Positions 39,801 to 50,910 are shown, counted from the stretch's first letter. The stretch: 64,000 nt of DNA from Antedon mediterranea (GCF_964355755.1 NC_092671.1:1612001-1676000); one strand, 5' to 3'. Notes: generated by a model from the sequence alone, not told the origin. Translations and numbers: made by a program.

Positions 39801-42800
39801 CTTTCTCAACATATTATCTGCACTATTGTCATTGTTTCCGCATGGAGTAAAGAATAGTTACTCCATTGTTTCCGTCTTTACTAGGTCTTAGATATTTTTT
39901 TAAAGTAATAATGATATTATTTCTACCTATACCTTTCTAAACTATACAAACTTATAATTGTGATTATTTTTAGAAATAACAACATGTTATGTTAACAAAC
40001 AACATAAAATTGATTCAGTGTTCTGGATTTTCCTGCCGGGAAATGTTAAGTACTAATAGGTTCCTTTGACCTTATCCATATTTCCGGTATAGGATCTTAT
40101 CTCAAGGAAGCGTCCTGAAAGATCCATGGAAATGTTGTTGCTGGGAATTCAGTTGGAAGTATTAAGTGGTTCAATATTACTGGATGTGATTGTTGTTTTA
40201 ATTTTTGACAAGTGTCGTTTGAACGCTGTATTGCTAGGTTAATGACTATTGTAGGATTAAATGAGCCAACTACTATTTTATTTGTTTAATAACGCAAACA
40301 GATTAATAAGATGTGTATCAAAAATGTATTATTTTGAACTTTACCATAACTAATTTTTCCATACTATATAAGAAATAAACAAAACCTAAAAAATGAAAAG
40401 AAAGGGGGAAAAAAGGCAATTGAAAATGGAGTAAAATTTGTTTTCTTTTGAATTATTTTATTATCATATCCTATTTATTGTTATTATTTTGCAGAATACA
40501 GACTTAAATACACACTTAGAGAACCAAGGAGGCAGTCTACACCCAAGCAATGTTTGTCTGTTCCTCTTCCAGTTATTACGTGGCTTAGACTTTTGTCACA
40601 GGCAGCTTATTCTTCATCGGGACTTAAAACCACAGAATATTCTTATTAGTGAAAATGGCGAGTTGAAACTTGCTGATTTTGGTAAGGATTTCTTCAAATA
40701 GTTTTTGTGTTTTTCACAAAAATATCATAAAAATTAGCTGTATACTTGTACCCAGTAATCTATTTTGTGCTTAACTTACCTGGATAAACCAACAATAGCC
40801 CATGTTCTACTGAAATGATGATGCTGGTACCTTTATGTGGTTGGTCCATTATTCTAATGGGATGTTCAATGAACTTCTATAGACAATTAGATGCTTAGCC
40901 ATTTTTGTAAAGGATTGTACAAGAAACTTTTCATATTGTAGCTTCCTCCCAGAAGAGCATGGTCTATTTTCGGTTAGTCCAGGTATAGCGGCACTCAGAT
41001 TAATAATAACAATATTTGTTCTTAGATAGTGCTTATTGCCCAATTCTTGTGCTTCACATTATTACCCCAGTCATTTTTTGGATCAAACGCATATGGAGAC
41101 GTACTCCCATAATGCAGTTAGTAATCCGCGCAAAGTTGTGTCTACCCCATGGTTACACCTGGATTACCAACACTATACTATTGGTTTGTGTATTAATATA
41201 TTAAGCCAATCAATTAAAGAATTTCTCATACAAAGCGATTACAACATTCTTCACTCGTCATTGTATTTCTTTTTAGATAATTTTTAATAGAACTATTATC
41301 TTAATTTTACATCAAATGAGAGACTTCATATAGGTATTGTGATTTCTGCTACATCAAAATAATTGCCAATAAGTAGCTAGTGGCAGGGTAATAAACAAAG
41401 GGATTACAGTGGCGACTGATGCACATCATGCCATACATTAAAAGTAAAAACGACAACATTATTTACATTTTATATTACAAATGTGATATGTAGATAGATA
41501 TTATTTTATAATATCAGGTTTCTTTATTTATGTAAAAAACAGGCTAAACAAGAAATATTTCTTACAAAAAACGCTGCTCGCTTATTGACGTAACAGTTTT
41601 AAAGATATATTGTCCCTCTGAAAAATATTTTTTATTTCAAATTTGTTTTTGAATGTGTCATTTTATTGTCACATAATAGTTATTTTACCTGAAAAAATGT
41701 AATTAAAAGCAAAAAATACTTCAATTGTCTGTCAGACAATGTGGTTTTTGAGTTATAATAATTAAACGTTTCTTTTCTCTTTTTATAATGTGAATTTTGT
41801 TACAGAAGTGAATAACTTTGATATGAAACAGACTCAATTTAGTTTATTTTATTGCTAAGGTCAAGTCTGGGGGTCACTTCATCACGCCTTAGATACTTCA
41901 AGTGTGAAGTATCATATTACAAACAAAAACTTTCATGGGTCGTGTTCGTACGGTGGTTAAAATAAGCGCTTAATTTCACCCATGCCTCGGGTTATAAATT
42001 GAGCGTCGTTCGTACTTGAAATATTTAACCGTTTAAATGGTTAATCGACGAATCACAAACCGGAAATTACGTTTTAAGGTCAGTTGTCTTTACAACCTAC
42101 GACCCCATTTTCGCGCGCTAGTTTTGTGTTGTATATTTTTTACTCGCGATCTATCTTTACAATAACAATTACTTGCTACTTTTTACACTGCTTATCCTTG
42201 CGACAAACCTTATGCCTCTTAACACCGATAATCCTGCCGAAATATGCCTTCTCCTGACGACCATTATTTTACTCCTTCTTGACGAAGAATTTGAGCCCAA
42301 TGTTACACGAAACACCACCGACCAGCTAGGCCTACTAAGCGGTTTTCACCAACAAGGACAGCACCAGCTGACGATCGCTCTCGAAGCGTGTATGGAAGAG
42401 CTTCGTAGGAGAAATGACGGGCCTAGGCAGCGAACGTTTGTCGAAATTTGACACAACGCCTCTATCGGAGATTTATTATCCTCGAAGGCCGAGTATAATT
42501 GGATTATCACTGAAATAACCTGCAAATTTGGTGAACATTTTGCCTCAAATTTTTTGTAGCCTGAGGCAAAAGTTAATTGGGTCACGCGAACGGAAATCGG
42601 GAATAAGCTGGTATTTTCAACCCCTACGAACAGGCCCATGGACTGTTTTGATAATAATTCAATGATTATCTGACAGTGAAATACAGTATTGTCATGGGAC
42701 TAATAAATACCAGAAATGCAGCTGGTACCTATAAATTATAGTCGAGTTTCCATTTTAGCAAAAATGTCAAAGTGTAGTACTATAACTGCTGCTTGATTTC

Positions 42801-45800
42801 ATCTAATAAATGAGTCATCTCGTGTGACGTAGCGGGCTAGAGCAGCAGCGTGAAAAATGTACACTAACATTATCAAAGAACCTGAAATTGATTTGTATCA
42901 ACAAAAATAAAATTTAAAAAAATATATACAAAATCAAAAATTGATCCACATAAAATATATATATCTCAGTTATTTAGTAATTCATGCTTTTAGATTTAAA
43001 TAAAGTTTATATTGATTGTAGTATCAACCGTACATATCAATCAGTCATCGACATTTTATTCCATAATCAATATAAAAACATATACAAATACAATACAAAT
43101 AATATGATAATAATATACAAACACATATTTTATCTAACTGTCAAATGTAATTAGGTCTATGTGTAATGTTATTCTGCCTTCAATTAGTTTTGTACTTTCA
43201 TTTGCGTCTAACACTTTATTTTAATGTCACACTGATTTCAAGAAGGCATTTCGTTAATGAATTGATTGAAAGTACCTGAAAATAGAAAATAACATCTGTG
43301 TAACCTAATAAGTGTATATTGTCACTGTAACCTCGGTGACAGCTTGGTGCTTACCTTACCTTAAGTGAATGCTTAAATGTTGAAATTATACAGTACATAA
43401 AAACAGAATCGTAATAGGGGAGTCATGATGCGAGTGGTGGTGGTGCGGGGATGGGATTTGGGCGGGGAAAGCCAACCCCCAACCATCAACCCTAAATTCT
43501 GAAAAATTGCCATACAAAAGATAGGACATGTTAATTTCAGAAGTTTATTTTACAATTTAAGGCTGTCATCCTTCTCTATTTCAAAATCTTTATACAATAT
43601 CACTGATTAACAAATATAAAAAATAAAATTTTATGAAAATGAAAATCTTTTTTTTTCTAGGCCTAGCTAGAGCCAAGTCGATACCGAGTAAGACCTATTC
43701 ACATGAGGTTGTAACACTATGGTACCGGCCTCCTGATGTCCTCCTAGGCTCAAAAGACTATTCAATACAGTTAGATATGTGGTAAGAAACTTATTAAGGA
43801 ATTTAAATAATTATAGAACAGTCTATATGCTAATCATAATGGTATAATACTCTTTACTTTTGAAATATTTTCGTAATTTGAATGGACATACATAAGTCCT
43901 TGTGAAACATTTTGTAGGACTATTAGACAATTGCAGTGCTGATCATCACTGTGATGGATGTGGTTTCTTAGAAGACCAAATCAAAATCAAAAGGCAATTT
44001 AAATTTTATTGAAAGTTACTTTTGCTGAATTTTGTAATTCCACACTATATATACTATACTACTTGCTTTATCTATTATTTGGTAATAATTCGCAAGGTCA
44101 TCCACTTTGCTGCCCGACTGTACAGTACACTTTCTGTGCATGAAGAAATAAATATATTTATTGCCATTTTCTTATTATTTTCAGGGGTGTAGGATGTATT
44201 TTTGTTGAAATGATCACAGGACAAGCATTATTTCCTGGAATGAAAGACTTCAAAGACCAGCTAGAGAGAATATTCAAGGTAGGCCTAGAATTCTCTCACC
44301 CATCTCTGGTTTCTGTGTTAAGTTAAATAAAACAAATACATGTTGCATACCATGTTCTACAGACACCTGAAATAAGGTGCCTGCTGTGTCATACTATTGC
44401 TAGGATCATGGTAGAGCATTATCTTGTCTTGCTAGCATTTAGAAAATATACTCTCTGGCTCTTGGGAATTCTTAATACAGTATTAAGAATCAATGTATCT
44501 TGTACAGGTGTACAAAATGCTCTTTCTACACTATCAAACTAGTTTGATAAAAAAAGTGGGATGTGCCCAAATATGGCCACTGTGGTCATATTCACAATTC
44601 ACACTTAGGCTAAGGGAAACATAAGTGAATTAAGAAAATCTAGGTGAATACAATTTCAGGTCATGGCAAATTGTCTTGAATTAATGTCAAATGGTTAGTC
44701 ACATATACAGTAGTCCTAATAGTGTGACCTGTGAAATGTATTTATTTACAGATTTAACAGATAAGAAAGACAGATTCAGTAAATAAATAAATTCCACCAA
44801 TGAAATTTATCTAATTTTAATATATTTATTTCTTAATTTTTGAATTTTCAATTTGGAAATTTATCATTAATAATTTATATTTTATGCAAAGCCACATAGA
44901 AATTATCAGAAGCTTAAGCAAGACTCAGATTCCATTACCGGTAATTGAATTCGTAGTAGAGATTTCCTTACGGTTGGTGTACAACAACACTGTAACCATG
45001 ACAACCTAACAGGTTGTATCCCGATCATGCTGCTTGGGTCATATAGCTTGTACAAATTCTTTTAATAACATTCCTTTAACTCACTTGTGTGTTGACAATT
45101 TTTTTGTTAAATCGTATCCACCCACAAATTTCCTTACCTAACTATCATCTTACTTTTATGAACTCAATTATCATCTTATTTGAGAACCAAACTAAAAAGG
45201 GACTAGAAAATGTAACTACAACAATCACTATAATTGTACCAAACTCATATAACATAATAATAATAAAACTTACTCCAAATAATGAGAAAAAAAGTAATGA
45301 TTCAGGTTTAGATTTTTATTAGATCATTAACAGCAATCCTTACATTCATTTCAAAATCATATACATTTTCTTTTTTTGTAAGCTATATAAAGTTCAAATA
45401 TAACAGGTGTTTGAATTAGTACTAGCCCACCTTACAATACCTGTTATGTTAAGTTTTGTAAATGATTTGTCGTTGTAGGCTTACACACCTTTTCAAAACT
45501 GACAATCAGTCCTGACTTGCATTTTATATTTTCTGGTACCGCTTTGTCAATTTTTCAAATATTTTAAATATTGATTGTATTTCAGACATTAGGGACACCA
45601 ACGGAACAGAGCTGGCCTGGAGTGTCATCGTTACGTTATTACAAAGAAGGTGAGATAAGAACATTTGAAGAGTTGACACGTTGAGTTGGAGTTTAGGAAA
45701 AATAATTTTAAAAAGACAATGATTGGATAAGAGATGCATAAAAGAACTGGTTGACTCTGCCAATACAATGACTATCTCAAAATAGAACCAGAACTGGAAA

Positions 45801-48800
45801 GGTCCCATTAATAACACAAAATATTAGAGAAATATGAATAAATCTACAAAAATAAGTCACATAGTGGAACCATCATTTAGCATGTTTTCTGTGTGCTGGC
45901 TATAGAGTTATGCGGTGTTACATCACAACGATAGATGGCGCTGTATGGTTACTAGCCAACCAAAAAATGCGTTTAACGCTACTATGTTGATAAACTGTAT
46001 AGATCTGTATTTCTGTCAAATTATGTATCTTAGCTTGATTTTTTTTAAACTTAAACTGTAGTTGAAGATAAATAGATTATTAAAAACAAATATTTAGTGA
46101 TCTTTGGAAATTTTAGTTGTTTTTATTGAAAATTATAGTTGTTTTTATTGAAAATTATTAAGTTTTAAAATGACCACTTCAATAAGCCTATTCCAAACCA
46201 TTGTTGACCCTGGAGTCACTCAGGCAGGTTGAACGCATTTTTTGGTTGGCAAGCAACCATGCAGCGCCACCTACCATTGTGCATCAGCACCACATAATTC
46301 TATTTGATCGATGCGACTACCATCTTAGAAGGTCTTTTCTTCTTTCTTTTTTTTTCCCAACATTTTCTAACTTTGATTTCTTGTTTTGTTGCAGCTTGTG
46401 TTAAGTCATACCGACAGAAATCGTTAAGGACATCCATTCCAAAGTATGTATACAACCATAGTGATAACAACATAACCGTCTTAAATGTTTTACCAAGTTT
46501 TACATAATGATATTTTCATTCATTTATTCTTCATTCATAATTATTGTGCATATATAATTATAACATATAAAAGATACACAACTATACAAAAAACCAAAAC
46601 AATAATAATCACCTCAGGCTGGCAAATATATTAGTTTTGTTTAATTTTTTTCTATAGGTTATGTAAAATTCCGTGGGCTGCAGAACTTGCTGAACAACTC
46701 TTACAGGTATGTTGATAGAGGGCAGTATTATAATTTATTTTGTTCTCACAACCGATTTCATGAAAAAAATTTCTTTCGATAGTGAGCCCTCTAGTTTGAC
46801 TAAAACATGAAGTACCCTCAATCATTGTAGACAGCGATGAACAATCGATTAAAAAATTTAAATAAATTGTTTGCTTAGCGAATAATCAACTTTTATTATG
46901 CATATTAAAAACTAATGGCCCAATTGATATTGATCAAAGTACAGATATATTTATATTACAATAGTAAAATTCTGTTTCAAGATGCTAAAACAAGTAAAAC
47001 AATATATAAAAACAAAAAATTAAAATAGTATTGTAAAACAAGGAAATTTAAATTTTTATAGCAAAAGCACTTTTTACCTCCAATGATGTTTTCATGCATG
47101 TGTGTTTGTTTTCATATTTTATTGACAAATTTTTAGGATCATTTTATGATATAATTTCCATTAAATAGTGTAAATATGTCTGATTCTTTGAGTTGTTTTA
47201 TTAAAATGTGTTTTTGTTGGTTTCTGTAGATGGATCCAAAGAGAAGGATAGACACAAAGGTATCAATGCTCCACCAGTACTTTAGCAGTCTACCACCAAG
47301 TGTACACAGCTTACCTCACAGTAAGTATTTACTCTTTCACACCTATTCCGACACGGTTGCGGTCCGGCGCCAGCAAATCAAATTGGCTATACACATATCA
47401 ATTGGTGCATGGAGCGTCGAAAAAATGAAACAATGACGACCGATTTGGTTTGCCGGTGCTGGACCGGAATTGTGCAGGTGTGAAGACCTTTGCAGCAGTA
47501 AATGTAAATAGCAATGTATTACTGGACAGCACAATCCTGTAGCCAGTGTTTCCACAAGAGGTTCTTTCGAATCCTACAAACCTCCCTAGTTCCCTCCCTT
47601 GCAGCACACAACCACAATCATCTGCTATACAACTATAAACAGACATGGGTTCCAATTAAGGCATTATTAAATGTTTTTTAAAATTCATGTTATTGATATG
47701 TATACCAATTATGTTTATATCACATAAAACTCCACAAAGATTTTTATATTTTAAAGTCTATATACATGAGTCATCTCACATTCTGTAGCCTGCCCTCTAT
47801 CGTATGACAAAATTAAATACTCATCATGATTCAGCAATGTTTATGACATGTTTTCAAGTTTTTATCGATTGTTTTACATTTTGAACTGTTTCCAAAAAAC
47901 ATTTTAAAATATTTATATTGCAATAAAAGAAAATAGTTAACCAGGTTTATGTAAAATGAAGTGAAACCCAAATTCCCATGATTTTTTTTGAGTGAAAACA
48001 TGAAAGAGTAAAATATTTAAAACATTTCTGAAGTTCATAATTAGAAACTGTGACATTTAAATTATAACAGACAGACAAAAAAAACCACATTAATTAAGGT
48101 CTCTGCTATAGTTGTCAACATTATTCAAATCCAATGATAATGAAAATGCCCCAGACAGTTTTTAAGCTTAAAGCTAATGTGTTAACATTAGGAAAAGGAC
48201 ATTTCCAAGAAAATACGAAGCAATATTCAAAGAATTGAAATATTACAAAATTTATGTTTAATAAAACAAAGATATCCATCACATTTACTATTGTTTTCAA
48301 CACTCTGGAAATATCTGTAAGGAAAAACCTCAAGAAAGAAAAATAATTGTTTCTAAATCAAACAGAAAAGAGAGAGACTTCACACATTGAAAAAGAAACT
48401 ATCGTTTAATAGATAACACATTTTTGAATTTCCTGCATGTTTAAAAGATGGGTGTTATAAATTCACCTTAACAGCTGAACGTAATTGCTAAAATGTATAA
48501 GTAATTTCATGGAGCAATACAAAGCATTTTCTCTTGGGTATTTTAGACAAACTACAAGTAAAACGTGCAAGAACCTTACCTAATGATTAACTTTGCCATC
48601 TGCAAACACGAGGGAGATATTACCCACACTTCAATTTACCTCATTTCCCTCGTCCCAGCCATAATTTCAAAGGAAGTTGTTTTTCTTCATGAGTAATTTT
48701 TTTGTTTTTGAGATGTGTGTAGTATGGATTTGTATGTTACATTATATGTTTTGTACGTTGCACAGCTAACTTTCATTTGTGTTTTATTATTTGTTTTTTT

Positions 48801-50110
48801 CTTGTTTGCAAGCAGTAACATCTAAGGTTCTGTCTACACTATCAAACTGGTTTGACCAAAAAACATCTAAGGTTCTGTCTACACTATCAAACTGGTTTGA
48901 CCAAAAAAAGTGTGATGTGCTCCATTATGGTACTGTAGTGATATGCCCAAATATGGTAGTGATATGACATCATGTCTATATATTATGGGCACATCATACA
49001 AAGTTTGATAGTGTAGACAGAGCTTAATGCTATCCCAAAATTAGACTCCTTTCAGCTTGTCCACATTTTCAGGACCTTTTGAAGATCACAAATTCGGGAC
49101 CTTTTATACTTTAACAAGTTTTTAAATGGTTGTTGATTTTCATTCTAGGAGAGTTACACACACAAATTGATTTTTTGCCTTTGTCTTTTATATTTGGCAG
49201 GGCGAGGCAAATATTAATAGTATAAATCATTTCACACACACCTACTAATGTTTTACTGGTTTCTTTTAACACAATTTTACAGATAATGAATAAAAATGAT
49301 GACAGGATATGAAACATGTTTTTAATGGTCAACTAAGGACATACATGACCACGGTCACCACAACATAATCTGATTTTAGATATAGATCTAAAAGTGAAAT
49401 CATCATCAAGCATTTAAAAACAATGACCACGGTCACCACAACATAATCTGATTTTAGATATAGATCTAAAAGTGAAATCATCATCAAGCATTTAAAAACA
49501 ATGACCACGGTCACCACAACATAATCTGATTTTAGATATAGATCTAAAAGTGAAATCATCATCAAACATTTAAAAACAAATTTATATTCTTTTAAATTGA
49601 ACATGAATTCAAGGTTTGATTTATTACCAGTCTGAATCAAATGACATTACCAGGATTCATTTGGTGGTAGGGATAACCCTTGGGGATGTCTCTCACCCTC
49701 AAGGGAGACATATTCCCCTTACCCGAGGGAGACACATGTCCATAACCAAGGTGATTTTATTGTCTGTGGTTTTGCAGACTTTGAGATTTGAACTAGAAAG
49801 TTGACCTGGCCAGCTGTGCATTTGGCCAGTTACAAATTGTACTTAATTGTCCTTAATCAACTGTTTGCTCTTTTGACGCAATCTGATACAAAATACTGAA
49901 ACATGTTATTTCTAATTTTATTTCCTCATCAGTCATCACTCTCTTAATACTTAATTATACAAAATATATAAAGTACTTGAATAAGAATACATTATTTATT
50001 AAACATTCGAAAATTTACAAGGCGTATGATATTTTTTTATTTCCACAGCATCTTCAATCTACAACATTCCTAGTTTGGTGTATCGACCAGAACCTTCAAA
50101 TAATAACTAA
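11518..50110 (+). CDS. CDK14: PFTAIRE-type cyclin-dependent kinase (CDK14/CDK15/Eip63E family), 14 coding exons, ~479 aa: join(11518-11554,14143-14241,19846-19913,34557-34805,37139-37230,37972-38149,40495-40681,43661-43781,44185-44278,45586-45649,46395-46443,46658-46706,47230-47320,50049-50110)
   Basis: All introns are GT..AG with matching phases and the exons sum to 1440 nt with no internal stop. Motifs: [78 protein letters not shown]. The kinase exons are secure; the first four exons are less certain. Confidence 0.93.
12534..12856 (+). mobile_element. Near-intact tRNA-derived SINE with Deu/Nin-like central domain
   Basis: A box TGGCCGAGCGG, B box GGTTCGAGGC, acceptor stem GAGTGAG/CTCACTC, body TCTTCTCGGATAAGGAC..AAACCGTAGGTCC..GCAC..TAAAGAACC..GAGTAGGGG, (TTCAA)n tail. 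Confidence 0.85.
14143..14241 (+). CDS. CDK14: CDK14 exon 2 ([33 protein letters not shown])
   Basis: ttttttcag acceptor, gtaagt donor; FKRRIS resembles the basic KRRLS motif of TAIRE-kinase N-termini. Confidence 0.75.
14360..14493. mobile_element. MITE family A copy (degenerate)
   Basis: Shared core gtgatgtgcc.aaatatggtagtgatatgacatcatcatgtccatat. Confidence 0.75.
15421..15613. repeat. 17-bp minisatellite (TAAACTAGGTGTGGCCY) x~11
   Basis: Direct reading; no spacers. Confidence 0.95.
16268..16567. mobile_element. hAT-like non-autonomous element (possibly composite)
   Basis: Starts CAGTGGCGTA, contains GGGGCCCC motifs, flanked by 8-bp direct repeat CCTTTCTG (16260-16267 and 16568-16575). 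Confidence 0.5.
17825..18294. repeat. 69-bp minisatellite x~7, near-perfect
   Basis: Produces the 23-aa periodic ORF 17773..18306. Confidence 0.95.
18320..18510 (+). mobile_element. Degenerate copy of the 12534 SINE family
   Basis: Shares gtagcca..atcggca..ggttc.aggct, ggtagaa..agtcttctc.gataa and gagtag in the same order. Confidence 0.6.
19846..19913 (+). CDS. CDK14: CDK14 exon 3 ([23 protein letters not shown])
   Basis: Polypyrimidine tract + tacag acceptor, gtaagt donor, phase 1 to 0, GC-richer than flanks. Confidence 0.75.
23350..23672. repeat. Degenerate ~80-bp tandem repeat x~4
   Basis: Recurring gtggatccattttaaaa..aacattatagacaca..ttactcat. Confidence 0.8.
27150..27443. repeat. 18-bp minisatellite (ATCGGACATACTGTATGT) x~16
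   Basis: Direct reading. Confidence 0.95.
27448..27694 (+). mobile_element. Second tRNA-derived SINE family, embedded in an 18-bp minisatellite
   Basis: A box TGGCTTGGTGG, B box GGTTCAAGTCC, A-rich tail; body fragment (acaactccactcccaaagact..tgtttatgtaga) recurs at ~8311-8367. Confidence 0.7.
27695..27914. repeat. Same 18-bp minisatellite x~12
   Basis: Direct reading. Confidence 0.95.
28003..28155. mobile_element. MITE family A copy
   Basis: Both TIRs and core present. Confidence 0.8.
29639..29742. mobile_element. MITE family B (palindromic, CCAAT-containing), representative copy
   Basis: TIR AGCTTGGTTCCCACTT/AAGTGGGAACCAAGTT with TAA flanks. Related copies at ~654-750, 1347-1485, 3326-3490, 4165-4285, 4892-5050, 7113-7180, 24194-24329. 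Confidence 0.75.
29746..30023. mobile_element. Harbinger-like MITE abutting the family B copy
   Basis: GGCCTTGTTCACAT ... ATGTGAACATAGCC with TAA/TTA flanks. Confidence 0.5.
32429..32550. mobile_element. MITE family A copy
   Basis: Both TIRs present, TAA flanks. Confidence 0.8.
33772..33802. repeat. (GATA)n microsatellite
   Basis: Direct reading. Confidence 0.9.
34557..34805 (+). CDS. CDK14: CDK14 exon 4 (GAFTNSS...[10 protein letters not shown])
   Basis: tcttcttag acceptor, open frame containing ORF 34620.., gtaagt donor, phase 0-0. Confidence 0.85.
37139..37230 (+). CDS. CDK14: CDK14 exon 5 (Gly-rich loop [10 protein letters not shown])
   Basis: ttttacag / gtaagt; kinase subdomain I. 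Confidence 0.95.
37972..38149 (+). CDS. CDK14: CDK14 exon 6 ([19 protein letters not shown])
   Basis: ctctag / gtaagt; PFTAIRE helix. Confidence 0.97.
40495..40681 (+). CDS. CDK14: CDK14 exon 7 ([12 protein letters not shown])
   Basis: ttttgcag / gtaagg; catalytic loop. Confidence 0.97.
41599..42860. mobile_element. Decayed DNA-transposon insertion (Kolobok-like left end) in the CDK14 intron after exon 7
   Basis: Begins TTAA|AGATATATTGTCCC; CpG-rich interior with broken reading frames; pieces recur at ~20523 and ~11910-12050. Right boundary uncertain. Confidence 0.4.
43661..43781 (+). CDS. CDK14: CDK14 exon 8 (activation loop, [11 protein letters not shown])
   Basis: T-rich ctag acceptor / gtaaga. 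Confidence 0.97.
44185..44278 (+). CDS. CDK14: CDK14 exon 9 ([23 protein letters not shown])
   Basis: ttttcag / gtaggc. Confidence 0.95.
45586..45649 (+). CDS. CDK14: CDK14 exon 10 ([13 protein letters not shown])
   Basis: tttcag / gtgaga; conserved CDK LGTP..WP motif. Confidence 0.93.
45902..46303. mobile_element. MITE with ~76-bp TIRs in a CDK14 intron
   Basis: 45902-45978 is the inverted complement of 46228-46303 (ATAGA.TTATG.GGTG...TAG.TGGCGCTG.ATGGTT.CT.GCCAACCAAAAAATGCGTT.AAC). Confidence 0.75.
46395..46443 (+). CDS. CDK14: CDK14 exon 11 ([16 protein letters not shown])
   Basis: ttgttgcag / gtatgt; phases fit. Confidence 0.85.
46658..46706 (+). CDS. CDK14: CDK14 exon 12 ([17 protein letters not shown])
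   Basis: ttctatag / gtatgt; phases fit. Confidence 0.88.
47230..47320 (+). CDS. CDK14: CDK14 exon 13 ([23 protein letters not shown])
   Basis: tttctgtag / gtaagt; subdomain XI Arg and HxYF. Confidence 0.93.
47331..47490. mobile_element. GC-rich palindromic MITE just downstream of CDK14 exon 13
   Basis: ttcacacct..cggtccggcgccagcaaatcaaattgg is inverted at ccgatttggtttgccggtgctggaccg..aggtgtgaa. Confidence 0.6.
48825..49024. mobile_element. MITE family A copy with duplicated left end (~45 bp)
   Basis: aacatctaaggttctgtctacactatcaaactggtttgaccaaaa occurs twice; right TIR intact. Confidence 0.8.
49345..49578. repeat. 78-bp tandem repeat x3
   Basis: Produces the 26-aa periodic ORF 49329..49640. 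Confidence 0.9.
50049..50110 (+). CDS. CDK14: CDK14 exon 14, last coding exon ([20 protein letters not shown])
   Basis: ttccacag acceptor, SI[YF]-like TAIRE C-terminal motif, TAA at 50108-50110; AAG|gtatgt donor follows at 50133. Confidence 0.85.
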
Positions 50111-50530
50111 AATATTTGACTCTTTATTGAAAGGTATGTATTAGTTTTTTAAGCTTGCTTTTGTAATTTATTATTACTAGGGTGGTGGATACCAAACTTA
50201 ATAGCTTAATTCTTTTAAGAATGTGACATCATTATATTATGTATATTTCTTGCTTAGCTTACTGGAATAAACTGGCATAGCTGTTCATTTACCTTTAAAT
50301 ATGATATAGAAATATTTTCATAGTGGAAAACTAGACTGGGGGATGATATTAAACTTAAGTTGTAACCATTATGGCTTAGTGCTTAAATATTGTGAAAACC
50401 TAGCCTATAATTATGTCCACTATATTACATCCAATCTCATTATAATGTAGTGTTTCATTAGGATTTTAGGCTATGGCTGTAATCATGATAGTTTAACTTT
50501 ACCTGGCCACTATTAAATATTGCTTTTTGT

Positions 50531-50910
50531 TTTTTTACTAGAATAGTAGTAATAAGTCTAGATGATATGCATTGGATTGAATGATATTAGACTTAGGTTG
50601 TAACCATGATGGCTTAGCCTTACATGTGACAACATCGCCTGGCCTCATGTCCACTTTAAACATTATTTTTTACTAGAATAGTAGTAATAAGTCTAGATGA
50701 TATGCAGTGGGTTGAATGATATTAGACTTAGGTTGTAACCATGATGGCTTAGCCTTACATGTGACAACATCGCCTGGCCTCATGTCCACTTTAAACATTA
50801 TTTTTTACTAGAATAAGTAATAAGTCTAGATGATATGCAGTGGGTTGAATGATATCAGATCATAGACTTAGGTTGTAACCATGATAGCTTAGCGCTTACA
50901 TGTGACAACC
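50531..50910. repeat. ~134-bp tandem repeat x~3 (older related copy at ~50330-50470)
   Basis: ttttttactagaatagtagtaataagtctagatgatatgca recurs at about 50531, 50666 and 50801. Confidence 0.85.

Noticed and set aside
40774-40790. U1 snRNA gene from ACTTACCTGG
   Set aside because: Downstream sequence does not resemble U1 stem-loops or an Sm site; treated as a dispersed repeat
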